64,000 nucleotides of DNA, taken from NCBI GenBank assembly GCA_030390025.1, contig CM059432.1, positions 89,282,001-89,346,000 of the forward strand, in the 5' to 3' direction. Below are positions 12,201 through 23,375 of the stretch, piece by piece. Origin of the DNA: Squalus acanthias. Its lineage: Eukaryota. The notes beneath the pieces are model-generated. The model worked only from the letters and a program-made list of their open reading frames with translations. It made no database searches and was not told where the DNA came from. How positions within the stretch are numbered: position 1 is the stretch's first letter; each line of letters opens with the position of its first letter. Position numbers and translations under genes: made by a program.

Positions 12201-14036
12201 TTCATTTTGATTTGCCCTTCCTTGCATCTATTTAGAAGAGACTGTGGGGGCTGCACTATGAGCTCTTTCCAGGTCTCTCCATTGTTCTTTCCAGCAGATC
12301 TGATGTACAGTTCTCTCCAGGCCGAGATTCAAGGCTGCAATGAGCAGGATGTGGATGGAGAGCAAGATCAACCCTCCCCTTTAAGAACTGGCTGGCGCCA
12401 TTGTGTCTGTGTTCCATTGCTGACTGACATCACATGAGCTTCGCCAGCGCTCTGAGGTAGCGCCTCGCTCCTCGGCCTTTGCGAGTTAAGACAGGTGTGA
12501 AGCGCCCGATTTAGCGCTCCAATCACCTCCAGGGGCGATAAAAGCCAAGTTTGCAGTCGGAGGCGATAATTAGTGCCAAGCGCTAATCTTTGCGCACGGC
12601 CGATAATTACGCCCCAAATGGGGCGATACTGAATTTTTCGCCCTATAGCTCTTTCATATCTCTTCGATTTCCCTGCAGATTTGCTCCTCTACCTCCCTCT
12701 CACTATTTGCTCCTCAACTGTAACCAAATGGATTCTGTCCTTGTCCCCTCAAGAACATCCTCCCTTTCCAACACTACAATGTCTTCCTTAATCAGCACTG
12801 CCACCCCACCTCCCTTTTTTCCTTCCCTATCTTTTCTGAACACCTTGTACCCTTGAATATTAAGTGCCCAGTCCTCACCGTTTTTAAGCTACGTTTCCGT
12901 TATTGCCACAACATCATATTGCCACACAGCTAATTGTGCTTGTAGCTCACCAACTTTATTCACCACACTTTGTGCTTTTACGTACATGCATTCTAAACCT
13001 ATTTTTGAATTTTTCGTAGTTTTTCTTAGTCTGATCCTATCTAATATGGTACTACTAACGCCTCTAGTACTATCTTCTGTCGTACTATCCAACACACTCA
13101 CTCCTTTATGCACCTTATTCCTCTTTTCTACTCCTATAGGCTGGTGCCCATCCCCCTGCCAAGCTAGTTTAAGCCCTCCCCGACAGCACTAACAAACCTC
13201 CCCGCGAGAATATTGGTCCCGGCTTTGTTGAGGTGTAACCCGTCCGGCTTGTACAGGTCCCACCTTCCCCAGAAACAGTCCCAATGCCTCAGGAATCTAA
13301 AGCCCTCCCTCCTGCACCATCTCTCCAGCCAATCTTTCATCTGTCCTATCCTCCTATTCCTGTACTCACTAGCACGTGGCACCGGGAGTAATCCGGAGTT
13401 TACTACCTTTGAGGTCTCACTTTTTAATCTCTTTCCTAGCTCCCTAAACTCGGCCTGCAGGACCTCATCCCTCTTTCTGCCTATGTCGTTGGTACCGATA
13501 TGGACAACGACTTCTAGCTGTTCACCCTCACCCCTCAGAGTGTCCTTCAGCCGTTCAGTGACATCGTTGGCCCTGGCACCAGGGAGGCAACATACCATCC
13601 TGGAGTCACATCTACGGCTGTAGAAACGCTTGTCTGCTCCCCTAACTATTGAATCCCCTACCACTATTGCTCTTCCACTCTTTTTCCTCCCTCCTTGTGC
13701 AGCTGAGCCACCCGCGGTGCCGTGGACTTGACTTTGGCTGCACTCCCCAGAGGAACCATCGGCGTCACCAGTACTCAGAACAGAATACTGGTCGGGGAGC
13801 GCGATGCTCTCCGGGGACTCCTACACTACCTGCTTGGTCCTCCTCTTCTGTCTGGCAGTCACCCATTCCCTCTCTGCCTGCATACTCTTAAGCTGCGGGG
13901 TGACCACCTCTAGAAACGTGCTATCCACGTAACTCTCAGCCTCGCGGATGCACCGCAGTGACTCCAGCTGCCGCTCAAGCTCCGAAACCCGGAGCTCGAG
14001 TTGCTGTAGCTGGTGACACCTCCCGCACATGTGCTC
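9280..14036 (-). mobile_element. Long CR1 LINE: ORF1 esterase (13164-14036, frameshifted) and ORF2 EN/RT (9354-13160, frameshifts and deletion), with a MITE inserted
   Basis: ORF1 has VGDSIVR, VHIGTND and DGLHL (SGNH hydrolase). ORF2 has [35 protein letters not shown] and ADDTK. The 3' tail is at 9280-9350. Confidence 0.95.
11753..12643. mobile_element. Harbinger-type MITE, TSD TAT
   Basis: TIRs GGGGGAAAAATTCAGT / ACTGAATTTTTCGCCC. TAT lies at 11750-11752 and 12644-12646. It interrupts the CR1 endonuclease region. Confidence 0.9.
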
Positions 14037-14099
14037 CGAAGTCTGATGGTGGAGGATGTTTCTCAAAAGTGGTTTTTAATTAGATGGCGGCGAGCATCC

Positions 14100-15290
14100 C
14101 TCCCAGGTGCAGGCCATCTACCTGAAACCCTCTGGTGCTCACCGTGGACCCCTACTCTTCCTCTCTCCTCCTCTCTCCTCTTGTGGCTTCCAAGCTTGAC
14201 CCTCTGGCACAATTGCTGGTGGTAATGGTTGATCTCTCATGATCCCCAGATTGTGGAGCTTGCAGCAAATCACCACGAATCTGGAGATCTTCTCGGCCGA
14301 GTACTACAGGGCACCTCCTGATCGGTGAAGGCATCTTAACCTTTGTTTCAGGACCCCAGTCGTCTGCTCAATGTTATTCCTGGTGGCTGACTATCTCTCA
14401 TTGTATGAGTGGTCAGCTGGTATCTGGGGCTTTCTCAAGTGAATGATGCGCCATCATATCATAGGGTATCCCATATCACCTAGTAGCCAGCCGTGCACGT
14501 TGTGTTGGGGCTCAAAATTCTGTGGAATGGATGACTGTCTCATTATAAATGCATCATGGCAGCTCCCTGGATAGCAGGCATTCATCTGCATGATGCCCTG
14601 TCAGCAGTCGCCTTTGAGCTGCACATTGAGGGAATGGAATCCCTTCCTATTCTTGAACACCTCCGAGTTTAAATGAGGGTCTTGCATGGCAACATGTGTG
14701 CAGTCAATGGCTCCCTAGACCATGGGGAAACCCGCAATCCTAGAGCTCCATTCTTCTCTGGCAATACGGAATAATATAGTCATTCCCCAGAGCGTATAGA
14801 GCCTCAGCGATCTCCCTTATGCTGAAGTGCACAGAGGATTGTAGTATGTAACTGATATCACCTGTGGCAGCCTGGAAGGTTCCACAAAAATTAAGTGCTA
14901 CTGTGACCTTGACTGCCACAGGCAATGCAGTCCTGGCTGTGCTGCGTGGTCTGAGTCTTCGTTCCACGAGGCCACAGATTTCTGGAATAACCTCCTTGGT
15001 AAAGCGCAGCCTCCTCATGCACTGGTCTTAGGTCATGTGAATGTAGGAGTAGTGCTCTCGGAATACCCTGGTCGGATAGCGCCTGCTGCTGAGAGCCCTC
15101 CTGTTCCTCTCTCCTGCAGCAGCTGGTGCTGCTCTGCCTGGCCTCATCTCCTCCTCCCACTCCTCATGCAGATCAAGGGGACCCCCAGTAAAATGCCCAT
15201 GACCAACCACCCCCTTTCTTCTGGTGACTCGTATAAGGTGTCCAATAAGGTAGAGTAGCACAGCACTCATCTTTTTAGGTGAAGTCCTGA
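14100..15290 (-). pseudogene. Harbinger (HARBI1-like) DDE transposase, degenerate but near complete
   Basis: Motifs in order: [85 protein letters not shown]. Stops and frameshifts are present. Confidence 0.9.
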
Positions 15291-15354
15291 GAGAATTTCC
15301 AGAATAAATATTGATAGGGTGTTGGTGAAGCCTTGACAAAGTGTCCCAGAAAGT

Positions 15355-15477
15355 CATAGAAACATAGAATCATAGAATCGTTACAGCACAGTAGGAGGCC
15401 ATTCGGCCTGTCGAGCCCATGCCGGCTCTCTGCAAGAGCACTTCAGCTAGTCCCAATCCCCCGCCCTTTCCCCGTAT
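15355..15477 (-). mobile_element. CR1 3' tail fragment
   Basis: catagaatcatagaatc...aggaggccattcggcc tail, the same type as at 9280 and 54237. Confidence 0.8.
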
Positions 15478-15561
15478 TTCTCCTGATGTGTCTCAAGCGT
15501 CTTCTTCAAACACAGTGTAGTCAGTTGATCTCAGTCAGCAAGTGAACAGTGAAAGCTGAGC

Positions 15562-17775
15562 TGAAGGGATAATTACAAGTCCTAGCCCTTCTCGGGCTAC
15601 CCCAGATCAGGCATATTCCCCAGACGTTCACCTTCAACTAAAGTTAGCGGTAGCCGAATCCTACAGATGCTTAATTGGGTCTAAAGGTTCAGACTATCTC
15701 TCCCTAAAGGAAAGGAACGGCCTGAAGATGTTACCATCCTCCGGATAGCACTTTTAACAAGTTTAACTAGACTGTAACCTTCCGGATATTGGCCCGAAAA
15801 TTAGACCTAATACGGGAGATTACGCACTGTGTACTCTCGCGTATTAGGTCCCGAAGAGCCGGTTTCCTGCATGCACTGCGCATGCACGGGAAACCGGCAC
15901 TTCGGGTATTGCGAAGGGGGCGGTTCCTAAGTGAACCGCGTGCGCGCTACAGGTTGTGCGCACGCAGCGCACTTAGTTTTTTTTTCAGGTTTGAATGCGC
16001 AGGTAAGTGTTGAGGATTTTACATAAAGAAAGCAGGCGTAAGACCCCCTTTTAACAAGGTAAGTAGTTAATTAAGTATTATTTTAATTTTTTTTCAACAG
16101 GTTTATCTTTTTTAGAGACTTTAAAGAAAGGTAAGTTTATTTTTATAACTTTTAAAAAGAATTTAAATTTTTTCAAAAATTTTAATTTTTGTTTAAAGTG
16201 GTTAATTTATTTAACTATAGTTATTTTATTAATGTGATGGCTTTTTTTAAATTTAATTGAGGTTTAGCTGTTCTTTTGGGGGCTTATTGTATTCATAGTT
16301 TTGACAGCTCTTCCTGTCAAAACTATGAATGAAAGATGGTGTGCTGCCATTGGCTCTAACTGGCCCACATGATCCCAGAGGTCGCATCGCACTAACTGCA
16401 CCTCTGGGACACGCACACACTGCGCGCCGGCACCAGGGAGAGGCCCAGGAACTGAAGTTCGTGTGGGCCAAAACCATAAAGGTAGGCGCGGAGTGCAATA
16501 TCGCGGGGGATCCTTACCCCCGCGGCAACCATCAAAATCCAATTTCTGGGCCATTATGAGGATCCAGAAAACCCCCCAGAATTCTGCAACTCCTCACTGA
16601 AGAGTGTGCAGAAATTGAGTTTGTGAGATTGATACAGAAATACTCTTTGAGACAATTCTAAAAATATATAGATTTATTAAAGAACTGACATTTAGTTAAC
16701 AGCTGGTATGGCAATCGCAACTTTAACCGTTCAAAATACAAATAGCTTACATTTCTTATCAGAGATCCTTATTCTCAAATCTTAACTTCGTTACATTTCC
16801 ACACTTCTACTTATTTCTTAATCCAGAATATCCACCAAAATCAAATACCTTGATTACCCGAGACTCAGAGTTGTAGGCCTACAGAGTGGTTCTGAAGGCA
16901 AGAATCGCTCTGCCCCTTCCCAGCGACTTCTGTTTTCTCATTTGAAAAGCTCTTATTTTTATACTCTTTTTTAGTGGTATATTCTTTGAAGTTTTCTTTT
17001 GATGTAAACTAATTGTCTCTAGTGATACTCTATTGAATTCTTTTCTATTCTTACAGTCATTTCAGCTGCCAACTTTTAGAATTCTGTCTCTACCTTTAGG
17101 TGTTTCAAAAACTATCATAAAATGGTTATTGCAGATTTATCTTTTGATGCTATTCTTAGGAAGTCTTTCTATTGACTTCTTAATATCACTTAACTGCTTG
17201 TAAGCCAGACGTCGTGACTCCATGGTGTCCCAAGTTCAATACAAGCACAATGTAATTGCTTGGTGTCATCTATTGATATTATATCTTCAAAGCCTCTCTG
17301 CAGATATCTTTTACAATTTGTAAATTGAAAACACTTCTCTTAGGGTGTTTACTTGTTTTCTTGCTGTCTCAATTGGTTGCATATTTAATCGTGTTTCCTG
17401 TCTTATTTGATGTTACTTTATGAAGGCATATGGCTGTTTAATGTTCTAAGTTTCTGTTTCCCTGAGTGTTAGCTTATAACACTTTACTTGGGTCATTCCA
17501 TTGTGTTTCTCCCAAACTCCAGACCTTCTGGAAGCGCCAATGGTTTGCTTCAATAGAGGCATTGTTTTTGTGTTTACAACCATCTTCCATTTCAAAGCTT
17601 GTGGTGTTTTATAGCTTTTGTTAACACTTCACCTTATCTCAGAAGCCTGTATTGTGTTTGCAGCCTGTGTCGCCGAGGGTTTCCAGACTTTTAAACTCAG
17701 TATGTCATGTATTAATATTATCAAAATCTGTTCATAGGATGATGTATTTCTTGGAATATGGCTTATTCCATTACA
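15562..17775 (-). mobile_element. Solo LTR (family A, longer variant), 4-bp TSD GAGC, containing a MITE
   Basis: TGAAGGGAT...CCATTACA termini, with GAGC at 15558-15561 and 17776-17779. Reverse-complement homology to 4322-5457. Confidence 0.85.
15791..16552. mobile_element. Harbinger-type MITE (AT-rich-core family), TSD ATT
   Basis: GGCCCGAAAATT / AATTTCTGGGCC termini and ATT duplicated. The empty site ttccggatattatgagg is seen in the LTR copy at ~5223-5239 (revcomp). Confidence 0.9.
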
Positions 17776-18354
17776 GAGCATGGCTTTAAGTAGCGCTCAA
17801 AATACTCAGCAATGACTTGTTTACTCCTGTTCAGCTGGTCAGTGTTAGAAGAGGTCGTTAATTGCAGTGCTACCCATCAAGATGCCATGCATCCTTTTTA
17901 ATGAGCACGAGCAGGCAATTTAATTGTCAATCAGCCCATTAGCGATCCTCCGTGTGGCCATTCCTAGTGTATGCTTCAACTCCTTTACCAAGATGGTGGC
18001 TATCACTATACCCGAGTTAACCCGTTGTTGCAGCTTAAGACACCATCTTGCCCATGTCAGAAACTCTTTGCTGCCTAAAATATCTGGTGAAAATCACCAC
18101 CCAAATATGGATAGAATAACCTGTAGTGTGCTGAAAAATAAATCAAGAGATGGTTAAACAGCTGAAATGATATTAAAGTGAGACGATAGGAAGATGCATA
18201 ATAAAAGAAATTCAAGACATGAGAGACAAAGAACATGTGAATCGCTGAGGCAGAGGAAGATAAGACAGGTCTAAAAATGAAACGGGAAAATCTGGCAAAG
18301 CAGGGCAGAATCAATGGCTTCCTGAGAAGAAAGCAGGACGACCAAAGACACAAG

Positions 18355-19712
18355 GTGGCTAAATTCGATAGCCCCTGAAAACGGGCGTGGGGATCGCAAT
18401 GCGCGATTAACCCGCGCCCATTAAATCTGATGCAGGAAGAAGCATGTCAACTTCGTGCTGCATGCTGATTAACATGATTGCAGCATGCAGCCAGCACTAA
18501 CCGCACTGTTGATTTGGCTGCACGCATCAGCAGGGGACCCAAAATCGTAGAGGCTAGCACCAGTTAAAGCTAGCCTGCACCTCTTAAAGGGGAGGTACAT
18601 TGTGGCTGGAGCAGGTGCTGGAAGTCGTTCTACAAATGATTTTGACCTGAGAAACACTCAATAATGGCACAACATGGTGGAGAGTGGGCTCCAAGGTTTT
18701 CCGATGCTGCACTAGAGGCCTTGGTGGAGGAGGTGGAAAAGAGAGATGTGCTATATCCACAGGCCCTCCAGACACACACTCAGAAGCCAGTGGGAGCAGG
18801 TAGCTGTGGTGGTAAATGACAGGTGTCAAGCCCCGAGGACTTGGATGCAGTGCCGCAAAAAGTTAAATAACCTCACACAAGTGGTCAAGATCAGTGAATG
18901 CATCTTCAAATGCCATATTCTACCAACTGCACCTCTAGCCTCAGCCATTGCTCAATTCACCAGACCCCATCACTCACCTACCAACAATCTCTATCAATCA
19001 GGACTCATATCCAACATTCATATGCCTTACACACTTAGCACTGTTGCAAGATTCAAGCCCACATCTCTCAACTAGTACACACTGCCAGTTATTCAACCAT
19101 GACAGCCACATCACCCAAACAGATTGTAAGACACTCACTGACACACTTCCCTCACTCTTGCAGGACAAAGTGGCATACAACCAGAGACAGCAGGTGCTAA
19201 CCATCAGGCAACAGGCACACTTGCATGTTCTAACCCCCATGGAGGGGAGGGTGCTGGCCATTATGGGAAGGGCCATTGCTGAGGCTGTGGCCAACAGAAG
19301 GGCTGAAACCATAGAAGATGACTGTATCCTCATACTAATCCTCCTTTTCACATCCCACTTCCCCCTCATCACACACTCTCTTCTGATTTACAAGCTGCAG
19401 ATGGTGTAGGCATGCACCTCCTGCTTTCACCACTGCCCCCTCCCTCACCGCAACCTTACCCTTGTGCATTTTTCCTTTCTGATACCCAAGAAATGCAACT
19501 TAGCCAGGCAGTAGAGGAAGAGCAAGAATACAGCGGTGATGAAGATGAAATGTAACTTGATTTCACACTCGCAGCCACTAGCTCAAATACTGACACTACG
19601 TGTAATTTAGAGGATAGCATCGAGGCAGGATCTGCACGTGGTGAGACACCGGGCACAAGTGCACTGCAGCCAGGGCAGGGGGCAAGGATAGCGCAGGTGT
19701 CAGCTCGCCAGA
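18355..19712 (+). mobile_element. Truncated Harbinger element carrying an intron-containing Myb/SANT gene remnant
   Basis: ATG 18664 gives MAQHGGEWAPRFSDAALEALVEEV..., then QWEQVAVVVNDRCQAPRTWMQCRKKLNNL. Acceptor ctcttgcag at 19163 is followed by DKVAYNQR. CpG-rich subterminal region from ~18355. Confidence 0.75.
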
Positions 19713-19734
19713 GTTAGTATAGTAAATTGAAGGA

Positions 19735-20511
19735 CATTGCTAGGGGGATAGAATATAAAAATAGGGAGGTATTGCTTCAGTTGTACAAGGTATTGGTGAG
19801 ACTGCACCTGGAATACTGCATACAGTTTTGGTGTCCTTACTTAAGGAAAGACATCCTTGCTCTCGAGGCAGTGCAAAAAAGGTTCACTCGGTTAATCCCG
19901 GGGATGAGGGGGTGGTCATATGAGGAGAGGTTGGGTAGATTGGGACTCTACTCATTGGAGTTCAGAAGAATGAGAGGCGATCTTATTGAAACATATAAGA
20001 TTGTGAAGGGGTTGGATCGGGTGGATGCGGGGAGGATGTTCCCGATGACGGGTGAGACGAGAACTAGGGGACATAGTCTTAGAATAAGGGGCTGCTCTTT
20101 CAAAACTGAGATGAGGAGGAACTACTTCACTCAGAGGGTGGTAGGTCCATGGAATATGCTGCCACAAAAAGCTGTAGAAGCTACAACATTAATTAAATTT
20201 AAAACAGAAATAGACAGTTTCCTAGAAGTAAAGGGCATTAAGGGTTACGGGGAGCGGGCAGGAATTTGGACATGAGTCTAGGTTCGGATCGGTCATGGCC
20301 CTGTGGGTAGTGGAGCGGGCCCAGGGACTGTGTAGCCTGATTCTGCTCCTATTTTGTGTGTGCAATTCTGTTAGATGCAGGAGATGGTTCTGTGATAGAT
20401 AGTAGATTGGCGGTTAGGATCAGATCAGCCATGATCTTATTGAATGGCGGAGCAGGCTCGAGGGGCCGATTGGCCTACTCCTGCTCCTATTTCTTATGTT
20501 CTTATGTTCTT
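19735..20511 (+). mobile_element. 5'-truncated CR1 with double 3' tail, 9-bp TSD ATTGAAGGA
   Basis: ORF 19727-20275 is a CR1 ORF2 C-terminus. ATTGAAGGA lies at 19726-19734 and 20512-20520. It ends in (ttcttatg)n. Confidence 0.95.
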
Positions 20512-21759
20512 ATTGAAGGATATGTTGATAGGGTGAGATGAAGGATAGGAGGAGGCTTGTGTGGAGCATAAACACCAGCAAAGACCTGTGCCAAATGGTC
20601 TCTTACTGTGCTAAAATTCTGTATTTATATGATATATTTACATTCTTACCGTGTAATTTTCTCCATTGAAAGCTGCTGTGTCAACATTTTCTGTGAGGAT
20701 TCCCATATTCCGACATCCACACTTACCCGTTACATTTCTTTATGGTGCCAGTAAGTGGTGCTCTATAGGATTTCCCATATTGATTTATCACTTGCCTGTC
20801 ACAGTTGGTTGTTACACCATAACTTGATGCTGTGGAGCCTGCAGATCCATTGCCACAGCTTCTAAACTGCTGCATCTCCTGTGTTAACTTGAAATGTATA
20901 TTTATTTTTGGTGTTCCTAGCTTGCTTCCTAACCCATTTTCTAGGTTTCCTATATTGGTTCTCTCCCGCTGTTGGCTCTCACTATTTGCCTCGAGGCTCC
21001 CCACTGCATGGTTCCATTGTTAGTCCCATTGCTTCTTGATGTTTCAAAAGTGGCTTTCTCCTCTGGTTTTTTCACCCCCGCAGACTTCCGTTGTTTTTCC
21101 CGCAGCTTCCCAGCGTGCCCCCGCCCCCCGCAATTCCTGAGGTTTGTTCCATTAGTTCTTCCTCCTTTCCTGGATCCACTTTCCTCCCTGGACTGACCTG
21201 ATCTTTTTCATGCCCAGAAGCTTCTTGCAGAGCTCCCTGACTGCTTTAATAGTGGCCTGCTTTTCAACCTCAGCCAAGCTTCTTTTTGTGCTGGTTTATT
21301 GTCCTGTTGTACTTTTGAGCTTTTCATAGCCCCAGTTGTACTGCTTTTCTCCCCCTTTCCCTGTGCTTCTTCAGTGTCCCCATGTGCAATTTTTTTTTAA
21401 AGCCTCATTACACATCCCGTTTTTGTTTCTTTTACATCCTTGTTTTTGAATGCCTATTTCCCACTGCTTTTTTTTCTTTTCAGAAACAGTGCACACCCCC
21501 AACTCCTCACTATTCCAATCTCCCAAACACTCACTACCCCATTACTTCCTCCATCCACTCAACTAATCGCTATCCATCCATTCTCCTTCGGTATTGTGTC
21601 CCAACTACCCATCAATAATCAATACTTTTCTTACCAATATTTATCCCCCCCACTTGATTGCTCCCACATGCATCTCAAATCCTTACAAATTAAGAATTTT
21701 TTTCCAATGAACAAAATTCTCTCACATAATGTGGCCTGTACCACAACACTTTGATGGTA

Positions 21760-22720
21760 GATTCTTGTCTTCACCACTTGGCTGACAAACCAGATTTTGT
21801 GAAAGTCGGACGGTTTCTCTAATAGGCAGGTGATTAGTCTGCCCCAACGGAGAAGACAAAAATCTACTCCATTCACTTTCTCATAAAAGACTTGCCCTCA
21901 GGCTTCGCATGAGCAATGCCATAAGAGAGCCACGAAGATATATATTGAAACTAGTTCTGAGAGGGGGAAGGAGTTATGGACGGTAAATCCATAAGTATGG
22001 GGTTCCTGAACATTCAAAGTCTTTTCAATTTTTTCCACGGGTATCCCACCCGACAGCCAGCCTGATGGATAGGCTACCTGTCGGGTGGGAAAGCCTGCAG
22101 CAGAAGGCCATATCCGAGTAAAGAGCAGGTATGGAGGCAGCGAAAGATCGTGGTCTGGGGAGGACTAGTGGTGGTCGAGGGGGAGTCTCGTGGTGACCGG
22201 GGGAAGAGATCAGGCAGGAGAGATCGCGGGAGGTAGAGCATGATTGAGGGGAGCGAGATGGTGGTTGCAGGGAGAGATTAGGAGAGGGAGAGATCATAAG
22301 GGAGAGTAGAGGGTGGTTGGAGGAGTGAGATGATGGATGGGGGGGGGTCGTGGGGTGGGGAGATTACGGGAGGGGGAAGTCAGTGTTCGCAGGGAGTGAA
22401 ACAGGTAAGCTTGTTGGGCCAGGGGAAACATTCCTGCTCCTCTTAGCCCAAAAGCAGTGCTGTAAAGACACTTACCTTATTGATCCGGCCCTTCTCACCT
22501 GCTTTTACTTGCCGAGTGTCCTGAGACCCGGCTGATATTAGTGAAAGATAAAAAGCTTGTAAAAATAGAGTCACGCAGCCTCCTTAAGAGCTTTTACCGA
22601 CCCACCCACCTCCTGAGAGCGGATGGGCCGCCCCCGGAAGTGGGCGGGTTTGAGATTTTTGGAATTTTAACTTCTCACCTGACCCAAAGCCACCAGTTTT
22701 TGGGGGTTAAAATTACTCCC
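21760..22720. mobile_element. Probable non-autonomous DNA transposon remnant
   Basis: CpG-rich subterminal-like motifs and a right end GGTTAAAATTACTCCC similar to other MITE termini. The left end was not identified. Confidence 0.4.
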
Positions 22721-23104
22721 ATGATGTCAAGAAGCTGTTATAATATCCAATCTCTGTAAGTTGCCAGTAGTGTTGAAACCATTCTTACAATTCTATTTAT
22801 AATCTGATTCCGATGTAGATCCGTTCCCAAGTTGTCTGATCTCTGGACCTCAAAAAGCTTAAATTATTATCCTTGCCTTTTTGGCCTACAATTTACCTGG
22901 CGTGCTGCATGGAAGAGCTCATCAAAATTCATAAGAACATAAGGAAGTGTTAAGGATGAGGAAAGGCCATTTGGCTCATCAAGGTCACCCCATATTCAGA
23001 CCTTAATTGTTCTGGATCTGGCCTATATCATTCCCTCCCTGCTGCAAACCATATAGGGGTTGAAATTGGGATGCAGGAGGGTGCAAGGGTGAATAACAAG
23101 GTAC

Positions 23105-23335
23105 TGTGGCGGATCGCCACCTAAACGGGTATTATCCACTTTTCCGTCCGTGGACAATATATCGAGCACCTTGCCTTTAAGGCAGGAGAAAAGGAGTGGG
23201 CGGGGCCTCAGGATTTTTCCAGAGAATTCTGGGAGCAGTCTGTTCAGCCATTTTGGACCATGCAATTGTATTAAAAAGCCTTTGTTTCCCACACATGGAT
23301 TCAGTCTTAATTCGTGTTTCGCGGCAGCCTCAACA
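23105..23335 (+). repeat. 5' LTR (231 bp)
   Basis: TGTGGC...CAACA. It differs from the 3' LTR by 3 substitutions and a 16-bp indel. Confidence 0.95.
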
Positions 23336-23336
23336 T

Positions 23337-23350
23337 TGGTGACCCCGACG
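23337..23350 (+). promoter_or_regulatory. Primer binding site complementary to tRNA-Trp
   Basis: TGGTGACCCCGACG lies just after the 5' LTR and is complementary to the eukaryotic tRNA-Trp 3' end (...CGUCGGGGUCACCA). Confidence 0.85.
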
Positions 23351-23375
23351 CTCAGAACGTATTCCGAGCACTGCA

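Larger units (their letters stand above)
7732..18085. mobile_element. Formerly autonomous two-gene PIF/Harbinger transposon hosting nested insertions
   Basis: The left end (7732-7810) is the reverse complement of 62320-62390, and the right subterminal region (17880-18085) is the reverse complement of 61370-61600. Myb-gene remnant on + (~7990-9050) and transposase on - (~14100-15290). Confidence 0.8.
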
